Shown piece after piece: positions 55,766 through 64,000 of a stretch of 64,000 nucleotides of DNA. Origin of the DNA: Octopus sinensis (taxonomy: Eukaryota). How positions within the stretch are numbered: the first letter of the stretch is position 1; each line of letters starts with the position of its first letter. The DNA lies in NCBI RefSeq assembly GCF_006345805.1, contig NC_042997.1:104036001-104100000 (forward strand), given 5' to 3'. The notes beneath the pieces were generated by a model that was not told where the DNA came from, searched no databases, and saw only the letters and a list, made by a program, of their open reading frames with translations. The translations under genes and the position numbers were made by a program.

Positions 55766-55796
<31 letters not shown>

Positions 55797-56241
55797 CTGA
55801 GTACGGGCTCCTGTATAGTGAGTTTAAAAGCTTTGATCAACTTCAGATTATCTAAGCAATTAATAGGCTCTCACTCGAAATGTAATTGAAACACTACCGT
55901 ATATGAATATAGTGTGTAAAATAGTCCCTTGAGGACCTTTCCTCATCCATAATATATGACTGTTTGAGTGTATTTATAGACATACATATATATATATGTT
56001 TATCCATAGACATACGTCCATACGCATAAACATACACCTATACATCAACATACACTCACACTCACTCTCACATGCACACACAAATAATCATACACATGTA
56101 CATGGATATAAGTGGTTTAACACTCTTCACTCGGCGTGTGCCACTGTTTATGTATGCAAACAAATATACAAGCACGAGCCTTCCCCCCCCACCAGCGCGC
56201 GTGCGCAAACACACACATATACATGTATATTACATACATAA

Positions 56242-56307
<66 letters not shown>

Positions 56308-57323
56308 GCATGCATTATATATCGCTGTGCGTGTGTACATATGTAATTATGTGTGTGTTTGTACGGGCATCTGTGTGTGCGTTCGCAGAGGCAGTGAAGA
56401 ACATATTCAGCAGTTGTAATTGCCATCCTTAACTACCTCCTACAATTTAGAGATCAAAGAAGCCGCTGGCCTTGCTCTGATCGTGTCGATTCTTGATAAT
56501 ATTCAAGTGGCGACCTCCATTCTATGCCGAACAATAGTAGGAGATGTTTAATTCCAAAGTGTCTTTTGATATACTGTTAGTGTCTTAACAACCAACGCAA
56601 TAGACCCACCCAGTTCATCACATTCCTTCTCTTTCTCTTTCATTCATTCTTTCTCTCAAACACTTTCTTTTACTTTCTTCCTATTTAAAGCAATCCTCGA
56701 ACAAAACCCGATTACATTTCCAGCCATTTCTCTTTATATTTCTTCATTCCTCTTCCACACACATTCACACATACACTCTCAATTATAATAAACATACACA
56801 CACATTCAGACCCAGACACAATATTTGAGTCTCTTTCTCTCTTCCAATTGAACATCAATTTCACTCTGTGTACGAAATAAGCTTCACACCGCTTCTACCA
56901 CGCTTTCACTAAAAGAACTGTCTTCTTTCCAAATTATCATTTCATCCACACTCATACGGCCGAACACACACATGAACACACTCACTTCTCTTTTTCTATC
57001 TGTCTCTCTCTTTCTCTGTCTTACAAACCCTGCAGATAAAAACCATGTCAATTGTGATGTCGCCTTATTTGACGGTTTCTTTTATTAGTGAACAAATGTT
57101 ATAGCAGCCTATTGTAATGATATTATATCAATAGCAGTGACGGATGGTTGTAACTAATAAGAATAAACAGATCATGACTACAAGCACTGGTCAAATCACT
57201 AAGCAAAATATACAAGCCATGAAACGAATGAACCAGGTTTGTACATATGTATCCATGCACAATCATTCACACGCGCGCTCTAACGCACACACTCATGCAT
57301 CTATCTATCTATCTTTCATCCCC

Positions 57324-57391
57324 CAAAAGAAAAGCTCTACCTTGTAACTTGTCCCATCTGTGTGCAGCCCTGTGTGGCCAATAAAGAAACA

Positions 57392-57392
<1 letters not shown>
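57324..57392 (+). mobile_element. Extremely 5'-truncated 3' tip of the Tx1 LINE
   Basis: Near-identical to 62905-62973 (CAAAAGAAAAGCTCTACCTTGTAA...AATAAAGAAACATA). Confidence 0.8.
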
Positions 57393-57471
<79 letters not shown>

Positions 57472-57474
57472 AAT

Positions 57475-57552
<78 letters not shown>

Positions 57553-57584
57553 GCCTACCTACCTACATATCCATCCAGTCATCC

Positions 57585-57679
<95 letters not shown>
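57393..57679. repeat. (CTAT)n microsatellite
   Basis: Seen directly. Confidence 0.95.
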
Positions 57680-57690
57680 GATCAGACAAA

Positions 57691-59129
57691 TTGCACCTTC
57701 ATATTCCACAACACATCGTGGAAAACACGCAAAAAAAAACAATAATTTATAAAGTAATAAACAAAAAAACAAGAAGAACAGAAAATGCACCGCAGGAAAA
57801 AATCGATAAATGCCTTCGTCCTGTATGGGACTCCAAGGAATATATCAGTTGGGGAAACAAATTTGGTACAGTCCAAGTACGTTTCCTCAACGAAAGTTTA
57901 GCAAAACGTTTTTCCACATTGGAGCTAAAGGACGATGTGTTTAATAAACAGAGGTTAACAAACAGTCGGACGACTTGGTAATGATACCAGTCTATAACAA
58001 AAGGGTCACGAAGTCCAATAAAAACATACCATTTGATGTCGAAACACAATGGGTGGTCTCTGCCATCTGCTTGAAATGTCAGAGACAATGTCAGACAAAC
58101 ATCCTGGAAATCGCGGTTCTAGGAGAGAAAGACTATGTGGGCAATCAATCGAATTCCTGCTTCAATTGGATGAAGCAGCAAGAGAAAGATACCCACCGCT
58201 ATAGAACTGCCAGAGGCTACAAACTCTATATAGTGGTAGAGGGCAGGCGACCACGCTGCTATTTGTGTGGAAGCGAAACACACTTGAAAAAGACGTGCCC
58301 AACCACTGCACACCAAGAGCAACAACAACAACCACTACCACAACCAAGCACTCCGGAAAAAAAGCTCTACTACCCACCCCACCATCAACACAGAAGACGA
58401 CAAGAGAAGCACACCAAGCTAATCCGTCATCAACCAAAAACCACTCGACACCTGGAAAAATAAACACTACCATCAACAGCAAAACCCAAAGGAACAGAAA
58501 ACAAAGAAAACACACAAAACTGATCCCCCATCCCTTATACCGCACTCAACACACACAAACACTCAACAACCAACAACAACGAAAACCACAACACAACCAC
58601 TTACACAGACATACATAGAAGCCCACAACATACCCCTACCCCTTCTGATTCCTCAGAAATTTCGTCGGAAGACGAAACCAGTGAGGAATGGCAAATAGCT
58701 ACAAAAAGAAGGAAAATAAAGAGCAGAAACACAACCAAACCAAATGCAAACACGAACAAAGCAGGGGGAAATACATCTCCCGAAGACATTTCAAAACCCA
58801 ACGCAAACAACAGCCACACCAACACCACAAAAACATATACAGCAAACATGCTCACAGCCATAGACACCAAAAACACAAATTTGATGGAATACATCCAATC
58901 AAAAACAAACATAACAGAAGATGACATAAAAACAAACACCACCCATACACAACACCACCAGACCACATCAAAATAATACACATCTCCAAAAGTCTGCACC
59001 ACACACTCAAAGGCATTTTCCCCAGTGCGGTTGGTAAATGCCAAAAATATCTCACAAAGAAACTGTACTGGGATCTTCTCGAGGACAAACCAACGGAGGA
59101 GAAAGCAAAAACTTTCGAGCAGTAAGTAA
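57691..59129 (+). pseudogene. Tx1 ORF1 (gag-like, zinc knuckle), frameshifted
   Basis: YIVVEGRRPRCYLCGSETHLKKTCP (CX2CX4HX4C) followed by a long T/Q/N/K-rich tail; spread over several frames. Confidence 0.8.
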
Positions 59130-59156
59130 CCCTCTGTATTCTAATTCATTAGAACT

Positions 59157-62100
59157 ATGATCAAGATTGGTTGTGTAAATGCGCGTGGCTTGGGGTCCCC
59201 TTGGAAACAAGGGTACCTCTTAAATGACATAAAGTCACATAAGTTAGAAATCATAGCCATAAGCGAGACCAGACTCCACAATCCGCGGGCCCTAAAGACC
59301 ATGTTTGCGGACAGTTCAACATTTATTTTTCCCCCTGTCTGCCGAGAATGGGCGGTAGTGGCACCGCGGTACTTTTTCACAAGAGTCTGGATCTCAATGT
59401 AAGGACAATATTCGTAGACCCGGAGGGTAGACTGGTCGTCCTGGATGTCGACGGCAGCAATGGGTGCGCTTTTCGGCTCGTATCAGTTTACGCACCGCCC
59501 TTAACAGGTCGGGCGGATTTCTTTCAACGTCTAGAAGTTTTCTTGGGAACGTCTCGTCCTTTACTCTTAGTGGGGGATTGGAATGCTACCTTGGACACGC
59601 ATGTAGACTACGTGGGTAGAGATAGGAATAGACGGGGATGCAAATGCCTCAGAGACCTGCTCAGACGCTTTCAACTGTCTGACAGTTTCGACTAGACCAC
59701 CCGAATGCGCCAACGTGGACATGGAGCAACCGCATCGGGTCGTCGAGATCGTATCTAGATAGGATACTGTGTAGGACAGTAGATAGAGATAGCATAGGAT
59801 GTCCACAATTCCACATAGTCAGCTACACGGATCACAAACTTGTGACATGTACGCTAGACTTAGGTAAGACACTTAGGCAGGGTCCCGGATACTGGAAACT
59901 AAACGCGTCTTTCCCATCGAGACAAGTTTTCAGAGACCGGATTAGCACACTAGTAAAGAGGGCTTTGACGGGAGCCATCATCAACAACAAATGGTGGTTT
60001 GCCCTCAAGAGAGCAGTAAAAGCAGAAGCGATTAGGTACAGCAAAGCACTAGCCATAGATAGAAATAGAGTAGAGGGTGAGCTAGTTAAGAAGCTAGAAG
60101 AGGCAATTAGAAGCGGCATCGCATCCGACGTTTTGGCGCGAGGTTGGCCCTCGACCAACACTTCAACGCCAACACGAAGGATGTGCTGTCAGAGCTAGGA
60201 TGCGTGCTCTAAGGAACGAAGGTGTTGGAGCCGCGAGAGAGGCCCGGGTGGCAGAGGCGCAACAGGGCAACAAAGCCACCATTCGGTCACTGGTAGATGA
60301 ACAGGGGCGCGAATTGCTCGAGCCAAGTAAAATGTGTGAGGCCTTTCAGCAGCATTTTGCCCGACTGTTCGGAACGAGTGGAGGGCAAGAACGTAGGGTG
60401 GACTTCAGTGCCTACCTACATAGCCTACCACGACTCTCGACAAGAAAGGCAGGGTGCTGCGAAGTGCCATCACGGCGGCGGAAGTGCGGGAAGCGATGGC
60501 AGAATGCTCGAGGGACAAATCACCGGGTTTGGATGGTCTACCCTACGAGCTTTACATTGTATGCCAGACTTGTTTGGAGATCTCTTGGCGGCGGTGTACT
60601 GCAACTGGCAGCAAAACGGGAGCATTCCTGGTTTTGTGAGCCGAGGAGCCGTAACACTGCTGAAGAAAGATCTAAACAAGGGAAATGTAATAGATAACTT
60701 TAGGCCCATCACTCTGCTTAATGCAGACTTGAAAATTTTGGCCAAGGTGCTAGCCAAGAGGTTGGCGCTTGTCATCGAGAAACTGGTCGACAAGGCGCAA
60801 ACATGCGCCGTGCCAGGCCGGACCATCCATGACAACCTCCATCTGATGCGCTACATCATAGACAGGGTAGTTAACGAACCTGGCATGGGTGGGGCCCTGA
60901 TCAACTTGGATCAATCAAAAGCCTTTGATAGGGTAGACCATCGATACTTGGAGGCAGTCCTGAGAGCGGCTGGTTTCGGTCCCGTCTTCCGCGGCTGGAT
61001 AGCTGCCTTGTACAGAGGCATCCGTTCGGTAATTCGCGTAAATGGACATCTATCGAGACCTTTCGACATTGCACGTTCGGTCCGTCAGGGATGCCCCCTC
61101 TCGGCGCTTCTATACGTATTGACTCTTGAGCCACTACTGCGGAAGCTGGCGACTCTAAGGGGCATCCCGCGAGAATTGGGATGCGGGACGAGCGTGTCTG
61201 CATACGCGGACGACGTCACCGTCATAGTGTCTAGCCACGAGCACATCGAGCTGGTCGGCGAGACACTGAAAAACTACGAAGCGGTGACAGGAGCGAAAAT
61301 CAACGGGAAAAGTCAGTGGCTTGCGACTAGGCACCTGGAGAAGCAAGCCCATGCCGTCCACCAGCGCCTCCGTCGTTGGACGCTGGACCGACGGCCCGGT
61401 TGAGTTGCTCGGGGTCTGGTTTGGTCCGGACCTCCAAGTGGAGAAGAACTGGAACGAGATAACGAGTAGGGTGGTCACTCTCGCCCGGCAATGGGCCGAG
61501 AGGAAACTGTCCCTAAAAGGTCGAGCGGAGGTGGCGAACACGTACATCGCGTCCGTCATCTACTACCGCCTGACCGTCGTACCTTGTCCCGACCCTACCA
61601 TCACCAAACTACAACGCATCCTCTTTCGCTTCTTGTGGAAAGGATGCGTCCCGATGGTCAGGCGATCCATTTGCTGTCAACACCCGTTAAAAGGAGGGCT
61701 GGGCATGCCGTGGTTGATGATGCGCAGACACGCGCTGAGACTGCGACATCTCTGGCTCTATGTAGACGACGGGAACAGGTGTGGTCGCCGTTTGTGAGGC
61801 ACGCTTTCCCGCAGCTCGTCTCCATGACCGAACTGCAGTCGTGGATCAAAAAGAGGCCGAGGAAGGGCGAATGGCACCGCGAGTGTCGCGTTGCTCTCAA
61901 GCAACTGCCGTCCTGGGTCGACCTTAAGTGACTTCAACACAACCAAAGCATTCTATAGGGGTTTAGTGGAGGGGGACGACGACGAGCTCGGGGCGAACCT
62001 GGACGTCGACGAGGAGTACCTGACCCGCCTGTTCGGGACGACTTTCGGGCCAGGGCCCATGGACAACTTCCAGAGATCCCTGGCCTGGCAGTGCTACCGA

Positions 62101-62742
62101 GAAGCGCTACCCGTTCGGGATAAGCTCTACAGACACGGCTCGAGAAACACGGGGCCGACCTGCCCGAGATGCGGTCAGAGCGACGAAACCGTTCTGCACG
62201 CACTCGTTCAGTGTCCAACAATTTCCGACCTGTGGGCTTATGTCGAACAACTGCTGTCACGTGTGGGACGAGTCGGTTTATCAGCTGAGTCTATCGTCAA
62301 TATTGTCACGCCTCCTTCCTTCAAACGGGAAGGAAGAGCTATTTTCATCATCCTTGTGGCTATGGCGAAGAATGTATCTGGTGGACGCGTCTGAAAGGAT
62401 TGGAGACAAACACTTCCCTCTGGTCAATCTCTCATCAACTTCTTCAAGTACCACTTGAAAAGGAAAGTGAGAGTAGAGAGGCAAGTTTTGTCTAGCGAAT
62501 GTTTTAAAAAAAGATGGGTGAATGTAGCAAGAATGGCACGTATGAATGACGAAGCCCTTGAGCATAGTCCTATGAACCCAGAAATCGAAAACAGAGAGTT
62601 GCTTATTTGCAAAAAAAAAAAAAAAAAAAAAAAAAAGAATATAAAATGTGACTTCATTGACCGAGGCTACCGTGGTCTTTTCCGCAGGCTTTTCTTTCCA
62701 CGGGTAAACCTCACCTGTCCTCCCCTTTACACTTCATATTGA
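59157..62742 (+). pseudogene. Tx1 ORF2 (APE endonuclease plus reverse transcriptase), frameshifted
   Basis: CVNARGL, ISETR, VSVYAP, VGDWNA, DHKLV, GPGYWKLN, KSPGLDGLPYELY, NFRPITLLNAD.KILAKVLAKRL, LDQSKAFDRVDH, VRQGCPLS, YADDVT, CPRCGQSDETVLHALVQCP. Confidence 0.93.
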
Positions 62743-63049
62743 CATTTCTGTGATAACGATCCCTATTGATCATTTTTTTTTCCTCTCCCCCCCTTTTTTT
62801 TTTTTTTTTTTTTTTTAACCCCCCTTATTTTTGTCCTCTTTCTCTCCTTTTACGATCCCTTTTGATCGAACCTCCCCCTTCCTTTTTTTTTTTTTTAATA
62901 CCTTCAAAAGAAAAGCTCTACCTTGTAATTTGTTCTATCTGTGTGCAGCCCTGTGTGGCTAATAAAGAAACATATCTATCTATCGATCGATCTATCTATA
63001 TCTATATACGTTTATGTATATATTTATATATATCTAACAGCATGTGTGA

Positions 63050-63200
63050 GAGGGGTGGTGCTCTTGTGTTTGCCCGCTACCAGTGCTTTAAAACCGGTGT
63101 TGGTTTGTTTACGTCCCTGTAGCTGCTGGCCAAAAGAGCATATATTAGGCTTAAATGAAGAAAATAATTACTAGAGTCGATTTCTTCGTCTAAATCCGTA
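63050..63200 (+). mobile_element. SINE family S1, 3' fragment
   Basis: GGTGTTGGTTTGTTTACGTCCC...GGCCAAAAGA...AGGCTT...AGTCGATT matches 47110-47210. Confidence 0.6.
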
Positions 63201-64000
63201 ATATTGTACTGCAACATATCTGCAGTGAAATGACAGAAACATAATACATTTCTATATTCAGAATACAAAGCAGAAAAATGTAAACTCTGATTGATCATAA
63301 TTAGTATCAGTCTATGGTTAGCATAGACCGTAATATTCCTGATAATTTGGAGTAAATATTGTTAGAATTTAATCTAATTGATGTACTTAATTAATGACGA
63401 AAATGTGGTGTTTATTATGCTAATTCTTTATGAAACAGCTGTTGGAGGCAATTCTAATTACGAATTATACGTGAAATTTATGCCTGTAGCTTTTTACATG
63501 AAATATAGGATATAACCGATCATACATATAGACACTATCCTTTTCCACCTTGATTTAAAGTAATGTTATAAATGTTATAACGTGTGTGTGGGTGTTTGTG
63601 TGAGTGCGCGTGTGTGTGTATTTATCGATTACATTAATCACATTCTGATTGACACTTCCATCTGTTAAAAAGTACCTCTTTGCGACAATGTAAACTTTCA
63701 TATAATCACGATACATTTAGCCTGAAGAGTAGCCTGCGGTATACAACTCACTTTGATATTTACCACTTCCGCGGATCTACTCACTATGAAACACATGTAG
63801 ATCTTTTCTACTTCATTCTTTAACTCAGAGCAAGGTCAGCGGATTCTTTGATCTCTGAATTGTAGGAGGTAGTTAAGGATGGCACACCTGGCAAGCCTGG
63901 TCGCCTACCATGAAATATAAAAGAACATTTTTCAGTTTATCGTACTTCGATAGGAAAAAATCCACAACCTTCCGTCTCAATAAACCACTATTGTCGCTGA

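Larger units (their letters stand above)
57680..62973 (+). mobile_element. Full-length Tx1-clade (L1 group) non-LTR retrotransposon
   Basis: ORF1 with a CCHC knuckle; ORF2 with APE, RT and a C-terminal Cys motif; pyrimidine-rich 3' UTR with AATAAA; (CTAT)n on both sides. Confidence 0.93.

Noticed and set aside
57324-62973. LTR retrotransposon or long TSD suggested by the 69-bp direct repeats
   Set aside because: The internal domains are APE plus a non-LTR RT with no integrase, protease or RNase H. The repeat contains the AATAAA signal, lacks TG..CA ends and is separated from the 5' end by 290 bp of (CTAT)n.

Overview
AT-rich, microsatellite-saturated animal genomic DNA with no recognisable host protein-coding exon, so it is intergenic or deep intronic. 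The SINE families, the repeat landscape and a GC-rich 18S rRNA fragment suggest a coleoid cephalopod, probably Octopus (inference). The window is largely a transposon graveyard. It holds the 3' end of a Penelope-like element with hammerhead-like motifs, a near-complete Tc1 (DD34E, IR/DR) element, three mariner relics, one maT (DD37D) relic, a Helitron Rep/helicase fragment and several non-autonomous Helitron-like elements. It also holds R4/Dong, CR1 and RTE LINE fragments, at least four tRNA-derived SINE families, and a full-length Tx1-clade LINE (about 57.7-63.0 kb). Most listed ORFs are translations of simple repeats. Main leads: (1) three copies of one Helitron-like element differ only at two fixed internal slots, and one slot holds a 305-bp piece of 18S rRNA; (2) non-canonical minimal hammerhead-like motifs occur in Penelope-type repeats, including one in a fold-back; (3) the Tx1 LINE appears to have hit the same (CTAT)n tract twice; (4) a SINE has been converted into a 184-bp tandem unit at two loci. 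All calls come from reading the sequence by eye; no searches were run, and boundaries of degenerate elements are approximate.
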